Positions 39,984 to 49,978 are shown, counted from the first letter of the stretch. The stretch is DNA of 64,000 bases from an uncultured Pseudomonadota bacterium (GCA_963749075.1 CAVVLJ010000004.1:320001-384000); one strand, 5' to 3'. Made by a program: numbers and translations. Notes: a model not told the origin generated them from the letters alone.

Positions 39984-40139
39984 CGATCCTCCTCGCGTTT
40001 TGGTTTGGGCCGCTGCCGGATGCCGCCGTCGCGGGGCACCTGCGGGTGGACGCTCTAGCCCGGCCGCAGGGAAGCAGGGTCACTGGGGCTTATATAGGGA
40101 CTCAAGGCCAGGCGCAAACACCGTGCGCCAGTGCGGCGC

Positions 40140-41153
40140 TCACGTGGTCAGCACGATCTTGCCGATATGGGCGCTCGATTCCATGAGGCGGTGGGCGTCC
40201 GCCGCCTGGGCGAGGGGGAAACTCCTGAAAATGACGGGCTTGACCTTGCCGGCCTCGATCAGCGGCCAGACCTCCTGCCGCAGCGCCCTGGCGATCCTGC
40301 CCTTCTCCTCGACGGAGCGCGGACGCAGGGTCGAGCCCGTGAGCGTGAGCCGCTTCTGCATGATGACGTGGAGGTCGACCTCGGCCTTCGCACCCCTCAG
40401 CACGGCAATCTGCACGGCGCGGCCGTCGGGCGCCAGGAGCTCGAGGTTGCCCGCCGCATAGTCGCCGCCCACCATGTCGAGGATGACGTCGATGCCCCTG
40501 CCGCCGGTCGCTTTGCCGAGCGCCTCGACGAAGTTCTCGCGCCGGTAGTTGACGCACTTCTCCGCCCCGAGGGCCTCGCAGGCCTGGCACTTCGCGGCAT
40601 CGCCGGCGGTCGCGAAGACGCGGGCGCCGCGCGCCTTGGCGAGCTGGATCGCCGTCGTGCCGATGCCGCTCGAGCCGCCATGGACAAGGAAGCTCTCGCC
40701 GGCCACGAGCCGTCCGCGCTCGAACACGTTGGTCCACACCGTGAAGAAAGTTTCCGGCAGCGCTGCCGCCTCGATCATGCCGAGCCCCTTGGGGATGGGG
40801 AGGCACTGGGCTGCTGGGGCCGCGGCATAGTCCGCATAGCCGCCGCCCGCTAAGAGTGCCAGCACCTCGTCCCCCAGCTTCCAGCCCTCGGCCTTGGGCC
40901 CGAGCGCCGCCACGTGCCCGGCGACCTCGAGGCCCGGAAGGTCGGAAGCGCCCGGCGGAGGGTTGTATTTGCCCTGGCGCTGCAAGATGTCCGGGCGGTT
41001 GACGCCGGCCGCCGCGACCTTGATCAGGAGCTCGCCCGGCCCCGGCTGCGGCAGCGGACGGCGCCCCGGCACGAGCTCCTCGGGGCCGCCGGGCTTCCTG
41101 ATCTCGATCGCGGTCATTGTTTTGGGCATCGTCTTGGGCAAGGGATCGGGCAT
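40140..41153 (-). CDS. NAD(P)H-quinone oxidoreductase, PIG3 family
   Basis: GVNRPD..QR.G.Y.PPPGA, PETFFTVW, HGGSSGIG, GSTLRPR. Confidence 0.92.
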   Translation of the reverse strand: MPDPLPKTMPKTMTAIEIRKPGGPEELVPGRRPLPQPGPGELLIKVAAAGVNRPDILQRQGKYNPPPGASDLPGLEVAGHVAALGPKAEGWKLGDEVLALLAGGGYADYAAAPAAQCLPIPKGLGMIEAAALPETFFTVWTNVFERGRLVAGESFLVHGGSSGIGTTAIQLAKARGARVFATAGDAAKCQACEALGAEKCVNYRRENFVEALGKATGGRGIDVILDMVGGDYAAGNLELLAPDGRAVQIAVLRGAKAEVDLHVIMQKRLTLTGSTLRPRSVEEKGRIARALRQEVWPLIEAGKVKPVIFRSFPLAQAADAHRLMESSAHIGKIVLTT

Positions 41154-41280
41154 GGTGCCTCCGGGGTGGGGCTTTCGCCGCTGCCATGGTGGAGGGGGAC
41201 GCGGGCGCTATGAGAGAGCAGCACTCCTCTAGTATGTTGAGCGGCGAGTGACAAGCGCCTTAGCCGGCAGAGGTGCGGCC

Positions 41281-41475
41281 ATGGACATCGAGGATCTCGA
41301 GCCCCGCAAGACGAAGCCCAAGCCCAAGCTTCTGGACCCCCTCTCGGTCGAGGAGCTCAAGGAGTACATCGGCGAGCTCGAGGCCGAGATCGCCCGCGTC
41401 AAAGGCGAGATCGCGCGCAAGTCGGCCCACCTCGACAGAGCGGCCGCCTTCTTCAAGAAGCCGGCGGGCGGCTAG
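41281..41475 (+). CDS. DUF1192 family small protein
   Basis: LSVEELKEYIGELEAEIARV.....K...AAAFFK. Confidence 0.85.
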   Translation: MDIEDLEPRKTKPKPKLLDPLSVEELKEYIGELEAEIARVKGEIARKSAHLDRAAAFFKKPAGG

Positions 41476-41581
41476 TGCCGGCGGAGGCTGCCCCGGCACC
41501 GCGGTTGCCCGCGGCGAGGCTCTTGCGGTAACGATAGCTCTCGCGCCGCGAACGCGCAGTCGAGCGAGGGAGGACAGCGCC

Positions 41582-42976
41582 TTGTCGAGAGAAATCGCCA
41601 TGTTGCCCGCGAGCGAGCTCGCGGCGCTCTTCCGCAAGAAGAAGCTCTCTCCCGTCGAGGCGGCCAGGGCCGCCCTTGCCCGCATCGCGGCGTTGAACGG
41701 CACGCTCAATGCCTTCAACCTGATCGACGAGAAGGCGGCACTTGCCGCGGCGCGGCGCGCCGAGCGGCGCTACATGAAGGGCGAGGCGCTCGGCCCGGTC
41801 GACGGTATTCCCGCCAGCATCAAGGATTTCTTCCTCACCAAGGGCTGGCCGACGCTGCGCGGCTCGCGGGCCATCTCGCCCGATCAGCCGTGGCTCGAGG
41901 ATGCCCCGGCGGTGGCGCGCCTGCGCGAGGCGGGGGCCGTCTTCCTCGGCAAGACCACGACGCCGGAGTTCGGCTGGAAGGCGGTGACCGACAGCGCGCT
42001 CACCGGCATCACGCGCAACCCGTGGAACCCGAAGATGACCTCGGGCGGCTCGAGCGGCGGTGCCGCGGTCGCCGCGGCCGCGGGCATGGGCGCCCTCCAC
42101 CTGGGCTCGGACGGCGGCGGCTCGATCCGCATTCCCGCGGGCTTCTGCGGCATCTTCGGCTTCAAGCAGAGCTGGGGCCGCGTGCCCGCCTTTCCGCCGA
42201 GCCCGTTCCAGACGACCTCCCATGTCGGCCCCATGACGCGCACGGTGGAGGATGCGGCACTCCTCCTCACCGTCATCGCCCGGCCCGACAACCGCGACTT
42301 CTATGCGCTGCCCTACAACGGCGCCGACTATCGCCACGGACTCAAGAGCGGGATCAAGGGCCTGCGCGTGGCCTTCGCGCCGACGCTCGGCAGCCATCGC
42401 GTCGAGCCCGAGGTGGCCGCACTCGTCGCCAAGGCGGCCAAGAGCTTCAAGGCGCTCGGCGCCCGCGTCGAGGAGGCGAGGCCCGAGCTCGGCGATTTCG
42501 GCGCGGTGTTCCAGACCTTCTGGGCCACGGGTGCTGCCGTGCTCATGAGCCAGTTCTCGCCCGAGCAGAAGAGCCTCATGGACCCGGGTCTCGTCGCCAT
42601 GGGCAAGGCGGGCGAGAAGATCGGCATCCTCGATTATTTCGCGGCGACCAAGAAGCGCGAGGCGATGGGCCTGGCCATGGCCAAGTTCCACGAGCGCTAC
42701 GATCTCTTGCTGACGCCGACCCTGCCGCTCGCGGCCTTCGAGGCGGGCCGGCTTGCGCCGCCCAGCGACGGGAGCGAGGGCTGGACCGACTGGACGCCCT
42801 TCAGCTATCCCTTCAACCTCACCAAGCAGCCGGCGGCGACCGTGCCATGCGGCCTCACCAAGGCGGGCCTGCCGGCGGGGCTGCAGATCGTCGGCCGCCT
42901 CCACGACGACGTGACCGTGCTGCGCGCGGCCGCCGCCTTCGAGGCGGCGCATCCCTGGCCGCTGCCGGAGCTCTGA
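41582..42976 (+). CDS. Amidase signature family enzyme
   Basis: GIPASIKD, GKTTTPEFG, SGGSSGG, GSDGGGSIRIPA. TTG start after GGAGG. Confidence 0.92.
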   Translation: MSREIAMLPASELAALFRKKKLSPVEAARAALARIAALNGTLNAFNLIDEKAALAAARRAERRYMKGEALGPVDGIPASIKDFFLTKGWPTLRGSRAISPDQPWLEDAPAVARLREAGAVFLGKTTTPEFGWKAVTDSALTGITRNPWNPKMTSGGSSGGAAVAAAAGMGALHLGSDGGGSIRIPAGFCGIFGFKQSWGRVPAFPPSPFQTTSHVGPMTRTVEDAALLLTVIARPDNRDFYALPYNGADYRHGLKSGIKGLRVAFAPTLGSHRVEPEVAALVAKAAKSFKALGARVEEARPELGDFGAVFQTFWATGAAVLMSQFSPEQKSLMDPGLVAMGKAGEKIGILDYFAATKKREAMGLAMAKFHERYDLLLTPTLPLAAFEAGRLAPPSDGSEGWTDWTPFSYPFNLTKQPAATVPCGLTKAGLPAGLQIVGRLHDDVTVLRAAAAFEAAHPWPLPEL

Positions 42977-42980
42977 GGCC

Positions 42981-44165
42981 GTGCGCATCGCCCTCGATCC
43001 GCGGGCGTCGCTCCCCGCCGACGCCGAGCGGGCGACGCTCGCCGGCCGCGCCTGGCTGCCCGGCTCGCCCGGCGGCCCGTCGCCCGTGCTGGTGATGCCC
43101 GTGGAGGTCGTCGACGTGGGCGAGAGCTATGCCACCATTGCCGAGCTCCTGGCCGAGCGGGATCCGGCGGCGGCGATCCGGGCGGCCGCCAAGGGTGGCG
43201 CGGCGATCGGCGCCACCGCGGCGGTGCTCGCCAATTCGGCCGCCGATGCACGGGATGCGGAGAAGCCGTTCTTCCTGGCGCCCTCCGACCTCCAGCCGGT
43301 CAAGGCCTGCGGCGTCACCTTTGCCGCGAGCCTCATCGAGCGCGTCATCGAGGAGCATGCGCGCGGCAACCCGGCAGGCGCCGAGGAGGTGCGGCGCAAG
43401 GTCATGGCTGAGCTCGGCGGCGATCTCGCGCGCGTCAAGCCGGGCTCGGCCGAGGCGATGCGGCTCAAGGAGCTCCTCCTCGCGCGCGGCCTGTGGTCGC
43501 AGTATCTCGAGGTCGGCATCGGGCCCGACGCCGAGGTCTTCTCCAAGGCGCCGCCGCTCGCCTCGGTCGGCACCGGGGCGGAGATCGGCATCCACCCGAA
43601 GTCGGTGTGGAACAACCCGGAGCCCGAGGTCGTCCTCGCGGTGAACGCGCGCGGCGGGATCGCCGGTGCCACGCTCGGCAACGACGTGAACCTGCGCGAT
43701 TTCGAGGGCCGCAGCGCGCTCCTCCTCGGCCGCGCCAAGGAGAACAATGCCTCCTCGGCGCTCGGTCCCTTCGTGCGCCTCTTCGACGCGCATTTCACCC
43801 TCGACGACGTGCGCAGCGCCAAGGTGGCGCTGCGCGTCGAGGGCGACGACGGCTTCGTGCTGGAAGGGGCGAGCTCGATGGGCGAGATCAGCCGCGATCC
43901 CGCGGAGCTCGTGCGCGAGACCATCGGCGCCCATCACCAATATCCCGACGGCGTGCTGCTCTTCCTCGGCACCATGTTCGCGCCGACCAAGGACCGCGGC
44001 AGCCCCGGCGGGGGCTTCACCCACAAGCTCGGCGACCTCGTGACGATCTCGACCGCGAGCCTCGGCGCCCTCGTCAACCGGGTCAATGACACGACCGCAG
44101 TCGCACCGTGGGACTTCGGGCTCGCCGCCCTCATGCACAACCTCAAGGCCCGCGGGCGGCTGTAG
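42981..44165 (+). CDS. Fumarylacetoacetate hydrolase family protein
   Basis: KACGVTF, SQYLEVGIGPDAEVF.K, NNPEPE, LGNDVNLRDFEGRSALLL. Confidence 0.9.
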   Translation: MRIALDPRASLPADAERATLAGRAWLPGSPGGPSPVLVMPVEVVDVGESYATIAELLAERDPAAAIRAAAKGGAAIGATAAVLANSAADARDAEKPFFLAPSDLQPVKACGVTFAASLIERVIEEHARGNPAGAEEVRRKVMAELGGDLARVKPGSAEAMRLKELLLARGLWSQYLEVGIGPDAEVFSKAPPLASVGTGAEIGIHPKSVWNNPEPEVVLAVNARGGIAGATLGNDVNLRDFEGRSALLLGRAKENNASSALGPFVRLFDAHFTLDDVRSAKVALRVEGDDGFVLEGASSMGEISRDPAELVRETIGAHHQYPDGVLLFLGTMFAPTKDRGSPGGGFTHKLGDLVTISTASLGALVNRVNDTTAVAPWDFGLAALMHNLKARGRL

Positions 44166-44193
44166 GGCCAGCGATCGCGAATTCGAGCGGTCA

Positions 44194-44243
44194 CCCCCTC
44201 CCTAACCCTCCCCCCTTGAGGGGGAGGGTTAGGGAGGGGGGTG
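44194..44243. repeat. Family A REP-like palindrome
   Basis: ccccctccctaaccctcccccttgagggggagggttagggagggggg, a long hairpin. Confidence 0.8.
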
Positions 44244-44459
44244 GGCTACGCACTAATGATTCCTGGTACTAGGCGGTGCCGGAAACCAGAACTTGGCCGT
44301 TCCAGGGCTCTATCCTATCCATAACTATTTTTTAATTGTTCCCGGGTTAGTTTACCACCGTCGGTTGGAGCGTTGGAACCTCCCCGGTTCTCTTCCAGCC
44401 AGCATTGACGCCTCCCCGTTCAACTCGAGCCGCGGTTCGCCGCGGCTCTTTTTTTGCGC

Positions 44460-44607
44460 GCGCGAAGGTCAGGCTCAAGCCGTTCCGCGCGATACGGGAG
44501 CCGGCCATGCAGCCGCCATCTTCCACGCAGGGAAGGGCAATGCGCATGTGGCGTACCCGCTCGGCGAGGCGCGCATCCTCGTCATCGAGCGCAAGGGGAG
44601 CGCTTAG
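44460..44607 (+). pseudogene. Degraded cupin-domain gene fragment
   Basis: C-terminal IFHAGKGNAHVAYPLGEARILVIERKGS resembles small cupin proteins; no credible N-terminus; lower-GC surroundings. Confidence 0.45.
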
Positions 44608-44992
44608 ATTAGAGAGCCAGATGAGAACAGAGAGGGATCGCAGCATTGAAATTCTTTTACGGCCTGCGACATATAAGCTTCACGCACGATTCACGCTTGA
44701 CTGCGACAACTAGCCGCATCTAGTCTTCGCTCCAGCGGTGAGTTGAATAGGGATGGGCGTCGTCAAAACAAGAAAGGCTGCCATCGAGTAGCCGCGAAGT
44801 TTCAGAGGGCCGCTTCTTGGGCGGCCCTCATTTTTGCCGCCGCGGCGGCTTCTCGATCTTTGCGCGCGGCCCTCCCGGGTCGGCCCGTGAAGCGTCCGGA
44901 TATTTCCTCTATTCTGTGCGGCATGAGCGAGCGAGCCGTGGCGGTGCCGCGCATTCGCCATGCGGCCCGGAGGCTCCATCCGAGGCGAGGCC

Positions 44993-46288
44993 ATGATCGA
45001 CCCCAAGCATCTCAAGTTCGACACCCTCACGCTGCATGCGGGCCAGCGCCCGGATCCTGCGACCGGCGCGCGCGCGGTGCCGATCTACCAGACGACGTCT
45101 TACGTGTTCGAGGACGTGGACCACGCGGCCGCCCTCTTCAACCTCGAGCGTGCCGGCCACATCTACTCGCGCATCTCGAACCCGACGACGGCCGTGCTCG
45201 AGGAGCGCATCGCGGCGCTCGAAGGCGGCGTGGGCGCCGTCTGCACGGCGAGCGGCCAGGCCGCCCTCCATCTCGCCATCGCCACCCTGATGGGCCAGGG
45301 CGGGCACATCGTCTCCTCCGCCTCGATCTATGGCGGCAGCCACAATCTCTTCCACCACACGCTGCCGCGCTTCGGCATTACCGCGAGCTTCGTCGACCCG
45401 CGCGATCCCAAGGCCTTCGAGGCGGCGATCCGGCCGGAGACGCGGCTCGTCTTCGGCGAGACGCTCGGCAATCCCGGGCTCGAGGTGATGAACCTGCCGG
45501 AGATCGCCGCCATCGCGCACGCGGCCGGCCTGCCGCTCATGATCGACAATACCTTCGCCACGCCCTATCTCTGCCGGCCCTTCGAGCTCGGCTGCGACCT
45601 CGTCATGCATTCGGTCACCAAGTTCCTTGGCGGGCATGGGGTGGCGATCGGCGGCGTGGTGGTCGATTCCGGCCGTTTCGACTGGGAGGCCTCGGGCAAG
45701 TTCCCCACGCTCAGCGAGCCCTATGCCGGCTATCACGGCCTCGACTTCACGGAAGAGTTCGGTCCGCTCGCCTTCATCATGCGCGCGCGCACGGAGGGCC
45801 TGCGCGATTTCGGCGCCGCCATGAGCCCGCAGAACGCCTTCTATTTCCTGCAAGGGGTGGAGACGCTGCCCTTGCGCATGGAGCGCCACGTGGCGAACGC
45901 GCGCGCCGTAGCAACCTTCCTCGCTGAAGCCCCAGAAGTCGAGTGGGTGAGCTATCCCGACCTTCCGAGCCATCCCGACCACAACCTGGCACGGCACATC
46001 CTGCCCAAGGGTGCGGGCGCCATCATGAGCTTCGGCATCAAGGGCGGGCGCGAGGCGGGCCGGCGCTTCATCGAGGCGGTCAAGCTCTTCTCCCACCTGG
46101 CCAACGTCGGCGACGCCAAGTCGCTCGTCATCCATCCCGCGAGCACCACGCACCAGCAGATGGACGCGGCAGCGCTCAAGGCCGCGGGCGTCGGCGAGGA
46201 GCTCGTCCGCCTCTCGGTCGGGCTCGAGGACCGGGACGATCTCCTCGAGGACCTCGGGCAGGCGCTCAAGGCCTCCCAGAAGGCGTGA
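44993..46288 (+). CDS. metY: O-acetylhomoserine aminocarboxypropyltransferase
   Basis: PIYQTTSY, IYSRISNPT, DNTFATP, PLP lysine HSVTKFLGGHG, HLANVGDAKSLVIHPASTTH. Confidence 0.92.
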   Translation: MIDPKHLKFDTLTLHAGQRPDPATGARAVPIYQTTSYVFEDVDHAAALFNLERAGHIYSRISNPTTAVLEERIAALEGGVGAVCTASGQAALHLAIATLMGQGGHIVSSASIYGGSHNLFHHTLPRFGITASFVDPRDPKAFEAAIRPETRLVFGETLGNPGLEVMNLPEIAAIAHAAGLPLMIDNTFATPYLCRPFELGCDLVMHSVTKFLGGHGVAIGGVVVDSGRFDWEASGKFPTLSEPYAGYHGLDFTEEFGPLAFIMRARTEGLRDFGAAMSPQNAFYFLQGVETLPLRMERHVANARAVATFLAEAPEVEWVSYPDLPSHPDHNLARHILPKGAGAIMSFGIKGGREAGRRFIEAVKLFSHLANVGDAKSLVIHPASTTHQQMDAAALKAAGVGEELVRLSVGLEDRDDLLEDLGQALKASQKA

Positions 46289-46307
46289 GCCCCAGGAGGC
46301 GTAAACA

Positions 46308-47096
46308 ATGGAGCTCGAGCAGGGCGGCAGCAACGTCTTCGCGGCGACGGGAGGCAGGCCCTTCGATGCGGCCAAGCCCGTCGTCGTCTTCCTCCACGGC
46401 GCCGGCATGGACCATACGGTGTGGGCCCTGCAGACGCGCTATTTCGCGCACCACGGCAGGAGCGTGCTCGCCCTCGACCTCCCCGGGCACGGCCGCTCCC
46501 AAGGCACGCCGCCCGCGAGCATAGCCGGCTATGCGGATTGGCTCGCGGCGCTCTTGACCGCGGCATGTGCCGCGCCCGCCGCCCTCGTCGGCCACAGCAT
46601 GGGTGCGCTCATCGCACTGGAGACCGCGGCTCGGGCGCCCGAGAAGGTGAGCGCCTTAGCCCTTCTCGGCATCGCCGCCCTCATGCCGGTGCATCGCGAT
46701 CTCCTCGCGGCGGCGGAGGTGGGCGATCCCGCGGCGGTCGAGCTCATGACGGCCTGGGGCTACGGCAAGCCCGCGCACCTGGGCGGACACCGCGTCCCCG
46801 GCCTCTGGCTGCTCGGCGGCGGCAGGCGCCTTCTCGGGCGCAGCGCCTCAGGCGTCCTCGCCAACGACTTGCGCGCCTGCGACGCCTATCGCGGCGGCCT
46901 CGAGGCGGCGGCGCGCATATCAGCACCTGCGCTCTTCGTGTTGGGGGAAGCCGACCGCATGACCCCGCCCAAGGCGGCCGCAGCGCTCATCGCCGCCCTC
47001 CCCGGCGCCCGCAGCATCGTGATCCCCGCCGCCGGCCACATGATGATGGTCGAGGCGCCCGACGCGACGCTCGCGGCGCTCCGCGGATTTCTCTGA
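46308..47096 (+). CDS. Alpha/beta hydrolase
   Basis: HGAG, DLPGHG, GHSMG nucleophile elbow, AGHMMM. Confidence 0.88.
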   Translation: MELEQGGSNVFAATGGRPFDAAKPVVVFLHGAGMDHTVWALQTRYFAHHGRSVLALDLPGHGRSQGTPPASIAGYADWLAALLTAACAAPAALVGHSMGALIALETAARAPEKVSALALLGIAALMPVHRDLLAAAEVGDPAAVELMTAWGYGKPAHLGGHRVPGLWLLGGGRRLLGRSASGVLANDLRACDAYRGGLEAAARISAPALFVLGEADRMTPPKAAAALIAALPGARSIVIPAAGHMMMVEAPDATLAALRGFL

Positions 47097-47115
47097 GAGG
47101 CCGGGAACGCTCAAC

Positions 47116-47508
47116 TCATGACGCGAACGGGTTGGCGATGCGCAGGCGGCCATCGATCGCCAGTCCCGCCTGCATGTCCTCCGACCAGAGCGTGTCGCAA
47201 CCCGCCAGCAGCGCCGCAGCGGCGATCATAGCGTCATAGATCGAAAACCCGTAGCGCTCCGCGAGCGCCAAACCGGTCTCGTGGGTCTCGATAGTCATGG
47301 GTACGACCGGCAGGAGACCGCGAACGAGGGACAGGAAGCCATGCGCCTCGGTCCAGGACATGCGCATCTTGCGGCGGGCGACGTGGGCGATCTCGTTCAG
47401 CACTTGCACGCTGATCGTCCCGCCCTCGCCGATGAGAGCTTCGGCGCGATCGGCCTTGGCGGATTGGCCCGACGCGACATAGAGCAGCACGTTGGTGTCG
47501 AAGAAGCT
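47116..47508 (-). pseudogene. vapC: VapC/PIN toxin, 5'-truncated by an IS end
   Basis: SFFDTNVLLY, SVQVLNE, YDAMI.AAA, WSEDMQ. The reading frame runs into an IS630-like end at CTAG 47507; no start codon or antitoxin upstream. Confidence 0.8.
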
Positions 47509-47535
47509 AGTGGATTGAATCAGACGTTTGGTACC
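47507..47535 (-). mobile_element. Isolated IS630-like right end
   Basis: CTAGTGGATTGAATCAGACGTTTGGTACC resembles the 3' end of the transposase fragment (GATTGAATCCAACACTTGGTGCC, 48327-48349). Confidence 0.55.
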
Positions 47536-47587
47536 ATGCGCGAAGCCCCGCCACCCCGCGCGACGACTACCGATTTGAGAGGATCGC

Positions 47588-48088
47588 CTAGCGCAGAATC
47601 TCCACCAGCAGCACCCAGGCGTTGAGCACCGAGAGGGCGAAGGTCAGGATCGCGCCGGCCGCCAGCGTCGGCAGTGCGGCGTCGGAGCCCGCCAGCATGA
47701 GGCCGGCGCCGACGATGAAGGGGACCGACATCGCCTGGCCCATGCCCAGCTCCAGGCAGATCTCGTGCGGGGGACGTCCATACGCCGCCCGCGCCGCCCG
47801 CGCCCGCACGGCCGATCGCACATGCTGGGCCCAGACCACCAGGCTGGCGACGAGCACCTCCAGCGCCATCGCCCAGCGCGGCTGCGGCATCAGGAACGCC
47901 AGGCTCGCCACCAGGATCAGCATCAGTGAGCCCAGCGTCGCCGCCGCCCGGGTCGGCAGGTGCTGGTACTTCAGGATCTCGCGGATGTTCACCGACAGTG
48001 ACACGAACAGCAGCCCCACCAGCGTCGCCGCCGCTCCGGCGCTGACCGTGAAGAACCCGTTCCAGCTCGCCGCCAACGCCCCGGTCAT
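47588..48088 (-). CDS. Uncharacterised small membrane protein
   Basis: W..FF...AGAAATLVGLLFVSLSVN...NAWVLLVEILR; 166 aa, several hydrophobic helices. Confidence 0.75.
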   Translation of the reverse strand: MTGALAASWNGFFTVSAGAAATLVGLLFVSLSVNIREILKYQHLPTRAAATLGSLMLILVASLAFLMPQPRWAMALEVLVASLVVWAQHVRSAVRARAARAAYGRPPHEICLELGMGQAMSVPFIVGAGLMLAGSDAALPTLAAGAILTFALSVLNAWVLLVEILR

Positions 48089-48317
48089 GGCGGGACCTTA
48101 AGGGCGCCGCGCAGGATTGGGAAGGAGCTTGTGATCTCGCCGCTATCGCGGCTCGCCTAGGTGACAATCTTCCCAGAGGACCCGCGTCGAATTAGGCGCT
48201 TAGACTAGCTCTCGCACGCTGTCAGAACGACAAAGGGGCGGCCCACTGCCGTCCCTGTCTTTTGGAGTTCCTATCGCCCTGGAGCGAGGCATTAGCCTCC
48301 ATTCGGTGGGGTGCGGA

Positions 48318-48575
48318 TCACTTGCAGATTGAATCCAACACTTGGTGCCCGCGCGCTGCGGCGGCGATGATTCTGTCCGGATCGGCGGTCCAGGTGAAGG
48401 GCTTGGATGTCTGGTTGTGCTCGGCGACGAAGCGGTTGATGGCGGCCTGGAGATCGACGACACCCCTAAAGACGCCGCGCTTGAGGCGGCGCTTGGTGAG
48501 AACGGCGAAGAAGCCCTCGACGGCGTTGAGCCAACTGGCCGAGGTGGGGGTGAAGTGGAAGGTCCAGCGCGGATG
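48318..48575 (-). mobile_element. IS630 family transposase C-terminal fragment
   Basis: HPRWTFHFTPTSASWLNAVEGFF..LTKRRLKRGVF...KPFTWTADPD. Confidence 0.9.
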
Positions 48576-49292
48576 ACCGCAGGAGGGTTCTTCAAGCGCT
48601 GGCGTGACGATAGAGCAGAGGCAGCGGTCAAGCGCGCGGAACTGCGGAGACTTTTCGAATCTTTCTTGCGTGACACAGAACCACTTGTCCCCCAAGGGTC
48701 CAACCATCCGAAGGCCGCACTATATCGACACGCATGGAAGCGCGCCGCAGTTCTAGAAATTATATATCAGCAAAAGTCTGATCAACGACTTACAACCCAA
48801 TTCCAAGAATTTGAGAAACTCGCAGTCAAACGATATTTCGAAGCCGCACCCGATGGTCTTTACGGGAAAGCCCCCCTTGTGATGGCAGAAAAGACGGCGG
48901 CTCGCCTTCTGGAGGTTGAGAAGCAGAGGCTTTTCCCTATCGAGGGAAAGCCGCCGCGCATTCGTCCTTTGGCATGTATCTATATTGGCACATGTGTGCA
49001 GGGGCGCGTTTACGTCGGCCAAACAGTCGGACCTCCAGAGTCCCGTTGGGTGCAGCATCGTTTCGGAGGAACGGGACCCTTTAAGAAAGGGGAGCTATAC
49101 GTGACGTGGAAAGTGGTCGAGGGCGGCATTGACCCGGCCGAACTCGATGAGCGAGAGTCTTATTACATCGGCCTCTACAACGCCAATAAGGAGGGTTACA
49201 ACGACACTATGGGGAACGATTGGAAGGCGTACGAGCGCGGCCAAGCAGAGCGCAATCGGCTCAATAGCCTGAGTTTTCCGCATAAGTCTTGA
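48573..49292 (+). CDS. GIY-YIG nuclease domain protein, possibly 5'-truncated
   Basis: CIY...YVGQT, RWVQH, ERESYYI, GYN. Visibly lower GC than the backbone. The ATG lies inside the IS630 fragment. Confidence 0.7.
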   Translation: MTAGGFFKRWRDDRAEAAVKRAELRRLFESFLRDTEPLVPQGSNHPKAALYRHAWKRAAVLEIIYQQKSDQRLTTQFQEFEKLAVKRYFEAAPDGLYGKAPLVMAEKTAARLLEVEKQRLFPIEGKPPRIRPLACIYIGTCVQGRVYVGQTVGPPESRWVQHRFGGTGPFKKGELYVTWKVVEGGIDPAELDERESYYIGLYNANKEGYNDTMGNDWKAYERGQAERNRLNSLSFPHKS

Positions 49293-49369
49293 TTAATGCA
49301 ACGAGGCTGCCGTTAAACGCCGTGACTGACGCGAACCGGTGCGGCAGATCGCCCGCAGCGAAGAGCCGG

Positions 49370-49651
49370 TTAAGCCACTTCCAGCCGCTTGAGCTTTATC
49401 GCGTCGGCGCTGACTTGTGCGAGGTCGTACTGCGCCTGTTGCACGAGCCAGCTTTCGGCACTGCCGCCGAACACCTTGGACAGCCTGACGGCCATCTCAG
49501 GAGAAACTCCGCGCCGCTCGTTCACCAGTTCCGACAACGTCGTGCGCGTAACGCCAAGTGCGGCGGCGGCGGCCGTGATGGTCAGGCCCAAAGGCTCGAT
49601 GCACTGGCGCAGCACAAAGCCACCAGGATGGGGCGGGTTCTTCATCGCCAT
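49370..49651 (-). CDS. higA: HigA family antitoxin (XRE HTH)
   Basis: [35 protein letters not shown]. Confidence 0.93.
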   Translation of the reverse strand: MAMKNPPHPGGFVLRQCIEPLGLTITAAAAALGVTRTTLSELVNERRGVSPEMAVRLSKVFGGSAESWLVQQAQYDLAQVSADAIKLKRLEVA

Positions 49652-49665
49652 GGCACAATCTCCCT

Positions 49666-49944
49666 TCAATGGTAATCAATGTAATCCACGTCCACCACGT
49701 CACGTTCGGCAAAGCGAAAGATCACCCGCCAGTTGGCGCGAACCGTCACCGCCCAAAAGCCCCTAAGTTCGCCTTTGAGCGGATGCAGCCGAAAGCCGGG
49801 CAAGTCCATATCCGCAACCGTACGGGCAGCATCGAGACGCACCAGAATGTCACGCAGCTTTGCCCTGTGCTCGGCGATCACGCCGCGCGGATCGTCGTGC
49901 TCGTGAAGCCGCTTCAGTCCTTTGTGGCGAATCGTCCGTATCAT
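49666..49944 (-). CDS. higB: HigB family toxin (RelE-like)
   Basis: [38 protein letters not shown]. Confidence 0.93.
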   Translation of the reverse strand: MIRTIRHKGLKRLHEHDDPRGVIAEHRAKLRDILVRLDAARTVADMDLPGFRLHPLKGELRGFWAVTVRANWRVIFRFAERDVVDVDYIDYH

Positions 49945-49949
49945 CCCTG

Positions 49950-49978
49950 AACGTAATGCGTTACGTTACGGATGTCAA
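49950..49978 (-). promoter_or_regulatory. Sigma70 promoter of higBA with an overlapping palindromic operator
   Basis: TTGACA-N17-TACGTT ends 5 nt before the ATG; inverted repeat AACGTAA-tgcg-TTACGTT at 49950-49967. Confidence 0.75.

Noticed and set aside
44900-44992. SAM riboswitch upstream of metY
   Set aside because: A GC hairpin is present, but I could not match SAM-II/SAM-alpha or SAM-SAH consensus by eye; an Rfam scan is needed.
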